Source: a virus
Lineage: Duplodnaviria; Caudoviricetes
IMG/VR virus record: IMGVR_UViG_3300030107_003883
Coordinates: 1 to 56,206 of that record
Reading direction: 5' to 3' (one strand)
Length of the DNA: 56,206 nt
Shown: one piece after another, positions 20,086-29,213 of the stretch
Layout of the letters: each line of letters starts with the position of its first letter
How positions within the stretch are numbered: position 1 is the stretch's first letter
Program-made: the position numbers and the translations under genes
Notes under the pieces: generated by a model
What the model saw: the letters and a program-made list of their open reading frames with translations, nothing else
The model's database searches: none
What the model was told of the DNA's origin: nothing

Positions 20086-23000
20086 ATGAGTGATAATATA
20101 AGAAAGCAAGCAGAATATTGGGGGCAACAACAGTCGCCTGACTTAAACTTTTTAAAGCAAAAATATAAAGATATGCAACCCTGGCAAGTTAAAGCTAGGG
20201 ATCCTCAAGCTTATAAAGCATTATATGAACAAGCAGCACCTGGTCCAACAGGTATAGCGGACTCTAATCCTGTAACAGATTTCCTTGGAAATATGGCATG
20301 GGCTGTAGGTGAAGAGATGACATTAGGAGCTTCACTAGGTATTGATTTATATGCAGGCGGAGAAGTAAGGGAAACATTAGGCGTTCAAGAATGGGCTGAT
20401 AACTCATGGGCTGGTAGACTTGGTCAAATAGCTGGTCAAGGTGTAGGTTTTATATCTGGTGTAGGACTTATAGGAAAAGGACTAGGAAAAGCTAGTGGTG
20501 CATTAAACTTAGGTCGTAAAGCATTATCTAAAGGAGCTGGTAAAAAGCTTAGATCTGAAACTGGAGAGACTTTAAATAAGATAGTAGGCGATGTAGATGA
20601 TGCAGTAATGAGAGACTTTTCTGAAGAACTATATCAGACAGGTGCAGTTGCTATTAAAACAGGTCAAGAAGCTGCTAAAGCTTTTGGAAGAACTGCCACC
20701 AAGGTAGATCCTTTCAGCAACTTTGACTTACAAGGGGAAATTAGTAAAAACTTTGATGAACTATTACTAGAAAATATTAAGAAGAATAAAAACCTTGGGG
20801 ATAATGTACGTCAGAATCTCTTAGATCCAGCAAATAAGGAGCTTAGAGACGAGATTAGAGATAATAGTATAAAAGCTGCACAAGAATTTAGATCTGAAGA
20901 TGTGCCACGTGTTTTGGCTGCTAAATGGAGTGGTGTTCTAGGTGATCACGGAGCTCAGGTTGCTGGAGATATGGCTTACGAAGCTACTCTTCTTGGTTTA
21001 CATGGTGGATTAAGGAACTTAGTTGAAAGGGGAGTGTCTGCAGGACTAGATATAGATGATGAAAACTATGGAAGAAGGTCTTTCTTTAGTGACGTAATGC
21101 ATGGTATGATAGTTGGTGGAATGTTAGCACCTACTAGATATATACCTGGAGGAGCTAGAGTAGAGGTAGACTTAAGTAAGGGCCTTGGAGGTGTTAGGTC
21201 TGGTGTATTAGCTAATGTAAAGCAAATGGGACAGTCTGTTATACGTAAATACAATGGCAAAAAAGCTACAGATTATACCCCTAAACAGCTACAAACTATG
21301 ATGCGTAATGTTTGGTATGGTTCTAATAAAAACACAGAGTTTTTCAGAGGTATAGAGGGCTGGACTCCTAGACTAGTAGAAGATGTAGGTATGTTAGCTA
21401 ATGCTACTAATGTTAAAGTATTGCAAAATGTATATAATAAAGTCTCTAGAGATCTATCTAAAAACCTTATACCTATGTTAAGAAGAGAAGTTGCTAGAGA
21501 TTTATTTGAATCTGCTCCTAGATATGTAGTAGGCTCAGCTGTTATGAATGCTCAGAACTGGTATCAGAACTATGATCATATCACTGCAGATCAGTTTATA
21601 ACAGATGCTGTAGTTGGTATGTTTTATATGAAAAGAGGTAAAGTATTAAGTGGAAAGCCACCACTTCCTAAGTTTTTAACTTCCAGTGATATTAAAGGTA
21701 ATGAAATAGCTAAAATGTCACAAGCATTTGATGTATTAGGCTATGATAAGACTCAGCTTGATTTTATGGGTAGTGCTTGGGATAAAGTATATGCAGATCA
21801 TATGTTAGGAGAAAGCATTATTCAGCGTGGTAAGGATACTATGCCTGATATACGTAATGCTAATGCTATACTTGAAAAAGATATGGTTCCTGCTACTGAC
21901 TATGTTCAGATGCTTAAAGATCCTACTTTAAAAAACTTTAACGAACAAATATCCTTAGAGTATACACAAAGATTATCAATGGCTAGTGATCTTAGGGCCC
22001 AAGGAAGAGAAGCTGAAGCTAGAAGAATGGAACTTAGTGCTAATGATTTATTAGCTAAGTCAGATATAGCTCAAATGCTAGTTAATGATCTTAACTTTGG
22101 AATGGTTGACAAGAATGTACAACCTATGACTAAAGATGCTGCTATAGAATTTATAAATAGAATGAGCAGTATAGAGCTTAATGGTAAAAAGTTAACTATA
22201 GATAATGTATCTGCTGAAATACAAAAGCTTCGTAAAGCTGCTGCATATAAGACTACATCTCAAATACAGTTAGCTATGGAAGACTATATTAAAAACTCTT
22301 TAGACGCTTTTGGCTTATGGGATGTATCAATGGAAAGTGCTGGAACTATAAACATCCACCCTAGCACTAAAGACTTGTTATTAAAGAAGTTAGCTAGTAA
22401 TGAAAAGCTTGGAGAATACTCTACAGCTATCATGGCATTACATGATGTATTAGAAATGGCTAGCAGAACAGGCGTTATAAGATTTACTGATACTGCTATG
22501 GCTTGGAAAGCAGAAGGTGGACAAAAGCTAACAGCAGAAAAGTTAAATAGAATAGCTGATGAGTATAAAATCAATACAGAAAGAATGCATGATCTTGTTA
22601 TGGGTACAGAAAATAGTGGATGGAGAGACCTTGTAACAAATAAAAGAACTAGTGAAGCTTTTATGGATGATCATATACTAGCTTCTACACCTATATGGCA
22701 TGCAATAGATGCTAATATGAAGCACTTACGTAATGATATAGGGCTACATATACTAACAGGTAAAGGTGGACAAGGAACAGAGCAAACTATAGCCTTACAT
22801 CAAGAGATAATGAATGACTTATTTAAAGGTAAGCGTAAGATTATATTGTCTGAAGAAGCAGGAGAAAGAACTTTAACTGATAAGCCACATCTTATTAATG
22901 TGTTAAATAACCTTAACAGGTCATGGCAGCTAACAGAAGGTGTTGGTAAGAGAGGTGTAACAGAGATACGCTCTAGTCAGTTAGAGGCTATACATGAAAA

Positions 23001-26000
23001 GCTTTCAAGAGAAGTAGGTAATGTATTTAGTGACAACAATGCATTCCAGGCTTTTAAAAACTATTTAGATAATACATATATAGACAATATACTAGGTGGT
23101 AGCGCTTCATATGGTGCTAAGAAAGCATTATCAAGTCTTATACAGGAAGGAAATCCTTTAGCTTTCACTGATCCAGTCACTAATAAACGTGTTATAGCTT
23201 CTGGTGAGGCTATTAGAACAGCTATATTAGGTTCTGAATATGGTATTGAAATGCAAAGAATGAACCCTGAGTTTGCAAGTGAAGTAAGAACTATGGTTGA
23301 TAGGTATATAAAAGAGATTGAAAGACCTGTTAAAGGCAAAGGAGACTACTTAGAATTTAGTGATAAGATTACAATAGATCAAACATCTCAGCATAACCCT
23401 AAAGACTGGATGCAATCCTTACTATCTATGGAAGCATTATTAGATGGTAGTAAAGTAGTTGATATATCTAGAGTTGTAAAGAATGTACATCTACTAGAGT
23501 CTATGAACAGTTCTTTTAATACAGCTGCACACTTTGAAAAACTAGCTCAAGTTGCAGATAATAAAATTACAGTAGAACAGCTCAGGGCTGCAATGGATGG
23601 GCTTAGAACTAATACTAGACAGTTATCTTATTTAGTTACTGATGCTATGCAGAATGGTGATTTCTTAATGATACGTCAATTAGTAGATGCTCAATATGAT
23701 ATACAGAGAGCTATAGATAGAGCTAAACAGTTTACTGCAGAGGGTAAAGGTAGTATAGAAGAAGTTAGCTCTACTATATATAAAGTAACTATGGAAGCTA
23801 TAAATGAGCGTAATAGAAAGCTTTCTTTAGATAGTGTAGAATCTGTAGATGAGTTTATTAGACGTCAAGAAGAGGTAGTCACACGTCAAGACAGGTCAGG
23901 TAAGCCTGTATTAGAGAGTCAAACTATATCTGAGAGTCAGTATAAAAGTAAGTATGGTATAGATCAGACATCTTTAGACCTTATTAAAGGGGATATGGTT
24001 GCATTTAGCAACACTGCACATGACCTGGCAGCAGAGGTTAGCAGTTTTATGAACAATTTCCCTGGCGTCAAGCAAAGACCTGATGCTATGAGAACTGTAT
24101 TAGAAAATTTAGAAAACTTAGGCATACCTGCTGATGCCTATATGTCTCAAATAGTAAAGCCATGGATAGAAACTCAATGGACTAAAGCAAAAGCCTTAGA
24201 TGATAAGCTTAATCGTGATACATTCTTGACTGATACTGCTCAACTACTAGTTAGTGCTTGGGCTCAAAAGAAAGTCACTCTAGGGAACTTTGAGAACGGA
24301 GCATTAAGACTATCAACCAAGTCAGTTACTAACTGGGATGCAGGATTCTTAGGCCTTATTAACTCTTTAGGCATACAGAATAAGCCTAACTCATTTATGA
24401 TAATGGGAGAGCAGTCAATAGCTGGTAATCGTACTGTTAATAAACTTAGCGAAACAATGATGCAAGAGATTAATGCTAAGTTGGCAGCGGGAGCTAATAT
24501 AAAAGTAGAAAGATCAGAGCTATTCTCTGCTAATGAACGTGCTGAATTGGAAAAAATGCTAAAAGATATGCCTATAGTTGGTGAAGGTGCTGATGGCAGG
24601 GCTCAATTCCAAGCATTCAGGCTAGATGAAAAGCAAGCTATTATATTATCTACTAGTACATATCCAGATATAGTTAATAGATGGCGTTCTAAAGGCGAAG
24701 GTTCATTGTTTAACGAGCTTTCTAAAGTTGTTGGAGAGACAGCAGCTAAGAACTATTTAGAGAAGTCTTTAAAGTTAAATGAGTTTAAGAATGATCAGAT
24801 AGATACTCAGAAGTTTACTACTGAAACTATAGAAGGTTTACTTTTAACTACAAGACTATTAAAAGATAATGCATTTTACTTAGATAAGCTGGTTAAAGGT
24901 GAAATGACTAGAGAAGAAGTGTTTAAAGCATTAAAGTACTTAAAGCTATCTAACCCAAGAGGTGGTATTACTTTAAATAAAAAGACTGTAGATATAATGA
25001 GGTACTTTACTAAAGAAATAATGCCTGATACACCTCAGTATAAAGATATAAAAAGACATTTTGAAGGGCAAATGAGTAGACCTCACAGGCAAGTTACATT
25101 GTTTGATGAAAAGGGCCCTAATGAGAACTTCTTTAATAGTGATGCAGAGTATAGAGCAAAGGTTAGAGATCAGTATGTAAATGAAAGAGGCTTTAGTGTA
25201 GAAGAAGCTACTAAGATAGCTAATGAGTTGGCAGATAAACTTGCACCTGAAGCTAAGTCTAAAGTAGATGGTGAACAATATTTAAGTTTACCAGAAATGA
25301 CAGCATTATTAACCTCTAGAGGGGCTGATGCCAGTTGGTTTGTATTTGATGCTAATAATAATGTAGTTGGCTTTAACACTATTATTAAGCCTGTTGTATC
25401 TCAAAGTAAGGTTAATCCTGATGGCTCTATGTCTGTAGTTATAAACAAGACAGCTTTCAAGTATGATCCTACTATGGATGCAGCTATGAAGAATGCTGAT
25501 GGTACATATTTTACAGATAGTATAGCATTTAAATCTGCTAGTAAAGTAAACCAAAGTAAAGCGTCTGCAGAAAGTCCTTGGGTTGAAAATGCAATACCTG
25601 TACAGACACCTACAGATGTCACTAAACCATGGAAGCCTCAAGTTGCATTAGATATTCAAAACCAGAATACAGCTGGAAGTAATATGAGAATAGCAAGTGT
25701 AGACAGGGCTAATATGATGCTTAAGTCTATTAGTGGTCCTCATGATGGCACATTAAGTATGGCTTTTGGTAACTTCTTATCTAATCCAGCACAAGATGTA
25801 ATGAACTCTTGGTTAAAATCTACTAATGCAGTTAAAGATTTAAGTCAGCACATGCAAGACCTATATCAGAATCCATTTGCTTTTAAAGCTATAGCTGAAA
25901 AGCTTAAAGGATTTGATAAAGAGACTGGAGATATAACAGCTAGTCTTACAGGTTTAGAGGCAGTATTATCCGAAGGTGGTATACCTATATATGAACACTT

Positions 26001-29000
26001 GAGACCTCAAATAGAGAGAGCATTAGTTGGTAACTATTTAGGCTCTAGAAACTTTGCATCAGGCAATATAGAAAATGGTGCATATAATGTTATGACTGCA
26101 GCAGACGGACTTAGTCTTCCAGTAAGAGAGAATGGCATGCAATCAAGATTTGGTGGTAGCGGTATACCTCATGCAGAGTCTAATAAAAATATTAGAACAA
26201 TGTTAAGAGATCCAGGTGGTACTGAAAGCGTATCTCTTATATTTAGAATAACAGAGTCTCAAGCTAATGCATTAAATAAGGCTTTTAAAGCTAAGTCTGA
26301 GGTTAAAACAGATATATTTAAAGCAGGTGATGAACTTATAGCATCTGGCGATGGTTCAGTATCAGGTACATTTGATGGCATGTTAAATAGAATCTATGGC
26401 TCTAACCTTGAAGGCTCTTACGGTCCAGGACGTAGAAATGCTATAATGGATAGACAAATATCATCTGAGATTGTTCAAGACCTTATAGGTAAGAACTATA
26501 AAGACATTATACAGGAAGCATTTGAGTTAAAGCATTCAGATGGAGCTGATAAAATACAGACTTTAGGTGAACTTGTAAGGTTTGTAGATGGTAAGCCTCT
26601 TAGCGCTGTTGAACGTCAAAATGAAAAGACATACTTTGAAGACTATACTATCACTGATGGAACAGGTTCAATGGCACAAAAACATGGCTATCAATCTGTT
26701 CGTGTTGCTGATGTAAACTTAAGAACTCCTAAGGATGGTATTAATAGTTGGGTTATAACTGGTATAGAAAAGCTTATAGACAGGCGTAAAGGTGCCGTAA
26801 GCGAAATGAACAGTCAAGACCTTATTAATCCTCAGGATGCTGACTTTGATTTAGATAAATCAGCAAGCTTCTTTGGAACACCAGGGCCTATCTTAAAAGA
26901 AATACATGCTGCATCAGGATACCATGAGATATCGTCAGAAAGAATATGGGATAAAGCATTAACTGAAGTTAGTTATGAAATGCCACAGATGAGCTCATAT
27001 ATAAATGAGTTAAAGAACTTAGAGTCTGCTAGGCCAGTAGTTGTTAGACAGCATTCTTTAACATCTTTAATGTATCAGTACTTTACATCTTTAGATGGAC
27101 TAGCTCAAAAGAATCTTATTAGACCTGGCTATGAAACAGGTATACATAGAGATAAATATGGCGTAGACAGAGTATCTCAAAGTACCCCAGGTACTAACGT
27201 TGTAATAGATTTTCAAGCTCCAAGTAATAGAACTAAATATCAGATAGCATTTAGACATGGTGGAGAGTTTGTTGACGCTATAGGGCATATGAAGAAAGTT
27301 ATTAAGCATACTATAGATACTTACGGTGATCTTACTAAGCTTAACGATAGAAATATGATGGAAGAGTTTTGGTTCAATGATAACTTTGGACTGTTTAAAG
27401 TTGTAGAAACAGAAGGCTTTAATGCTGGTAGAGAAGTTGGCTGGAACAATTCAGTTGCTGAGATAGCACAGTTTAAAAAACAGATTAAAGATGGGTTCTT
27501 GAATCCTATGAACAAGATCTTTAATCTAGGCCTAGGCGTTGAAACATTAAGTGATGGTACAAGTAGAAAGCTTGGCTTTTATGACTATGTATCTACCTTT
27601 GAAAGAGCTAGGTCAGACATGTCACGTACTGCTGAGTTTAATAAAGAGTTAAAACCTTTTATTGATAACTTTTTAGGGTTCTTAGGTGAGCGTCCAGGCG
27701 CTGCAGGTACTAGTAATCATCCTTTAGTTGATGGTCTTATTAAAATGACTGAAGCTCATAATAAAAACTTTCCTATGCGTATAGAGCGTGGCAATGAGCT
27801 AGGCAATATGCTTAACGGAGCTGCAGTAGATGTTAAGAGTGTTGAAGTTCAAAATGCTATCAATAAGTATATGCAGAACGAAAAGAATTGGGTTCGCTTT
27901 AGCTCATTACAATGGGAAGTAAATCAGCTAGAGAATACATTAAATGACATGCGTGCACGTAGGCAGGACAAGACTAGGCAGTATGAAAATATGGAAAAGC
28001 GTAAGCAAATGTTAACTGAAACATTAGGCCAGGTAGAAGTAATAGCTAATGATAAATTTGTTAGAGAGTCTACTCCAAGAAGAAGGTCAGGTCAAATGGC
28101 AGAAGCTGATGCTAACTATGCAGTATATAAAGTAAGAAATGGTGATGTTAAAAGCGTAACAAGAATTAGTAAAGGAGATAGGTTCTTTTGGAATGCTGGT
28201 GATGTTGTTGTAAAGAATCCTAGAACATTTAGATTCACTGATCCTATACAGCAAAAGCATTTACGCACAATGCATAGAGCCTTTGGTAATTTACTAACAG
28301 GAGTTGAAAAGTTTGATGTTGCAGACAGCAGAGGATATGTCAGGAGTAAGATAAATGATATTAAGCAAGAGTTTTATAATATAGACACACAGTTCTCTGA
28401 TGCATCTGTTAGAAACAACAGTATGTATAAAGATATATATAGCACAAAATTAGAAGCTCTAAAAACTTCGTTTAACGACATAATGATAGCAAGGGGACCT
28501 CAGTATGCTAAGCAGTTTTTACATACGTTATTGACCCCAAGAGTGTCCAATTCTGAGATGTCTATACTAGGTTATGATAATAAGAATGAGTCTTATTACT
28601 CAGGCTTTAGATTTCAGAGTAATAAATCTAGTGAACAGATGGTTATGAGGTTCATGACCGCGGCTATGGATGGTAAAGTATCAGGATTTAATAAAGCTTT
28701 AGCAAAAGAATGGTTTGCAGAAATAGAACAAGCTCGTAAAATAGCCTACCTGATGACACATGATAAATCATTAAGTGGTGATGCATTTAAGATAGGAAAT
28801 CTAGACAGAGGTCTTAATCCTAGCTTTGATGTGTTACCTAGAACAGATGCTAAGCCTAAGTTATTAGATGTCAAGGCTAATAATGAACAGGCTCGTAAAA
28901 CTATACAATCATATCTTACAGGGTCATACTTTTTAGATCCTATAGAACTGTATAGATTAACAGTAGGTCTAGATAAGACAATGAATGAAATGCCTAGCCC

Positions 29001-29205
29001 TCAGTTGATGGGTGATCGTGTTAAAAATCTATGGACTGATGTAGGTAAGAACTCAAATACTATAGAAGTTAAAGAAGATCTAGGTAGGGCAGTATATAGA
29101 ATGTCTAAAGTACCTATTGAGAATAGTATGAATGGCAACAGAGAACATATAAGACGTAAAACATTTTCAGAGAAGCTCTGGGAAGAGATGAACTGTAATA
29201 ATTAA
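20086..29205 (+). CDS. Giant virion protein with two-barrel (double-psi beta-barrel) RNA polymerase domain; putative virion RNAP
   Basis: DADFDLD at aa 2251-2257 (26836-26856) preceded by R2213-T-P; upstream VDGEQYLS (D1728), K1768-P, K1788 and DSIAFKSASKV (K1820), in the order seen in crAss-like virion RNAPs and QDE-1-type polymerases. Confidence 0.8.
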   Translation: MSDNIRKQAEYWGQQQSPDLNFLKQKYKDMQPWQVKARDPQAYKALYEQAAPGPTGIADSNPVTDFLGNMAWAVGEEMTLGASLGIDLYAGGEVRETLGVQEWADNSWAGRLGQIAGQGVGFISGVGLIGKGLGKASGALNLGRKALSKGAGKKLRSETGETLNKIVGDVDDAVMRDFSEELYQTGAVAIKTGQEAAKAFGRTATKVDPFSNFDLQGEISKNFDELLLENIKKNKNLGDNVRQNLLDPANKELRDEIRDNSIKAAQEFRSEDVPRVLAAKWSGVLGDHGAQVAGDMAYEATLLGLHGGLRNLVERGVSAGLDIDDENYGRRSFFSDVMHGMIVGGMLAPTRYIPGGARVEVDLSKGLGGVRSGVLANVKQMGQSVIRKYNGKKATDYTPKQLQTMMRNVWYGSNKNTEFFRGIEGWTPRLVEDVGMLANATNVKVLQNVYNKVSRDLSKNLIPMLRREVARDLFESAPRYVVGSAVMNAQNWYQNYDHITADQFITDAVVGMFYMKRGKVLSGKPPLPKFLTSSDIKGNEIAKMSQAFDVLGYDKTQLDFMGSAWDKVYADHMLGESIIQRGKDTMPDIRNANAILEKDMVPATDYVQMLKDPTLKNFNEQISLEYTQRLSMASDLRAQGREAEARRMELSANDLLAKSDIAQMLVNDLNFGMVDKNVQPMTKDAAIEFINRMSSIELNGKKLTIDNVSAEIQKLRKAAAYKTTSQIQLAMEDYIKNSLDAFGLWDVSMESAGTINIHPSTKDLLLKKLASNEKLGEYSTAIMALHDVLEMASRTGVIRFTDTAMAWKAEGGQKLTAEKLNRIADEYKINTERMHDLVMGTENSGWRDLVTNKRTSEAFMDDHILASTPIWHAIDANMKHLRNDIGLHILTGKGGQGTEQTIALHQEIMNDLFKGKRKIILSEEAGERTLTDKPHLINVLNNLNRSWQLTEGVGKRGVTEIRSSQLEAIHEKLSREVGNVFSDNNAFQAFKNYLDNTYIDNILGGSASYGAKKALSSLIQEGNPLAFTDPVTNKRVIASGEAIRTAILGSEYGIEMQRMNPEFASEVRTMVDRYIKEIERPVKGKGDYLEFSDKITIDQTSQHNPKDWMQSLLSMEALLDGSKVVDISRVVKNVHLLESMNSSFNTAAHFEKLAQVADNKITVEQLRAAMDGLRTNTRQLSYLVTDAMQNGDFLMIRQLVDAQYDIQRAIDRAKQFTAEGKGSIEEVSSTIYKVTMEAINERNRKLSLDSVESVDEFIRRQEEVVTRQDRSGKPVLESQTISESQYKSKYGIDQTSLDLIKGDMVAFSNTAHDLAAEVSSFMNNFPGVKQRPDAMRTVLENLENLGIPADAYMSQIVKPWIETQWTKAKALDDKLNRDTFLTDTAQLLVSAWAQKKVTLGNFENGALRLSTKSVTNWDAGFLGLINSLGIQNKPNSFMIMGEQSIAGNRTVNKLSETMMQEINAKLAAGANIKVERSELFSANERAELEKMLKDMPIVGEGADGRAQFQAFRLDEKQAIILSTSTYPDIVNRWRSKGEGSLFNELSKVVGETAAKNYLEKSLKLNEFKNDQIDTQKFTTETIEGLLLTTRLLKDNAFYLDKLVKGEMTREEVFKALKYLKLSNPRGGITLNKKTVDIMRYFTKEIMPDTPQYKDIKRHFEGQMSRPHRQVTLFDEKGPNENFFNSDAEYRAKVRDQYVNERGFSVEEATKIANELADKLAPEAKSKVDGEQYLSLPEMTALLTSRGADASWFVFDANNNVVGFNTIIKPVVSQSKVNPDGSMSVVINKTAFKYDPTMDAAMKNADGTYFTDSIAFKSASKVNQSKASAESPWVENAIPVQTPTDVTKPWKPQVALDIQNQNTAGSNMRIASVDRANMMLKSISGPHDGTLSMAFGNFLSNPAQDVMNSWLKSTNAVKDLSQHMQDLYQNPFAFKAIAEKLKGFDKETGDITASLTGLEAVLSEGGIPIYEHLRPQIERALVGNYLGSRNFASGNIENGAYNVMTAADGLSLPVRENGMQSRFGGSGIPHAESNKNIRTMLRDPGGTESVSLIFRITESQANALNKAFKAKSEVKTDIFKAGDELIASGDGSVSGTFDGMLNRIYGSNLEGSYGPGRRNAIMDRQISSEIVQDLIGKNYKDIIQEAFELKHSDGADKIQTLGELVRFVDGKPLSAVERQNEKTYFEDYTITDGTGSMAQKHGYQSVRVADVNLRTPKDGINSWVITGIEKLIDRRKGAVSEMNSQDLINPQDADFDLDKSASFFGTPGPILKEIHAASGYHEISSERIWDKALTEVSYEMPQMSSYINELKNLESARPVVVRQHSLTSLMYQYFTSLDGLAQKNLIRPGYETGIHRDKYGVDRVSQSTPGTNVVIDFQAPSNRTKYQIAFRHGGEFVDAIGHMKKVIKHTIDTYGDLTKLNDRNMMEEFWFNDNFGLFKVVETEGFNAGREVGWNNSVAEIAQFKKQIKDGFLNPMNKIFNLGLGVETLSDGTSRKLGFYDYVSTFERARSDMSRTAEFNKELKPFIDNFLGFLGERPGAAGTSNHPLVDGLIKMTEAHNKNFPMRIERGNELGNMLNGAAVDVKSVEVQNAINKYMQNEKNWVRFSSLQWEVNQLENTLNDMRARRQDKTRQYENMEKRKQMLTETLGQVEVIANDKFVRESTPRRRSGQMAEADANYAVYKVRNGDVKSVTRISKGDRFFWNAGDVVVKNPRTFRFTDPIQQKHLRTMHRAFGNLLTGVEKFDVADSRGYVRSKINDIKQEFYNIDTQFSDASVRNNSMYKDIYSTKLEALKTSFNDIMIARGPQYAKQFLHTLLTPRVSNSEMSILGYDNKNESYYSGFRFQSNKSSEQMVMRFMTAAMDGKVSGFNKALAKEWFAEIEQARKIAYLMTHDKSLSGDAFKIGNLDRGLNPSFDVLPRTDAKPKLLDVKANNEQARKTIQSYLTGSYFLDPIELYRLTVGLDKTMNEMPSPQLMGDRVKNLWTDVGKNSNTIEVKEDLGRAVYRMSKVPIENSMNGNREHIRRKTFSEKLWEEMNCNN

Positions 29206-29213
29206 GGAGAAGT

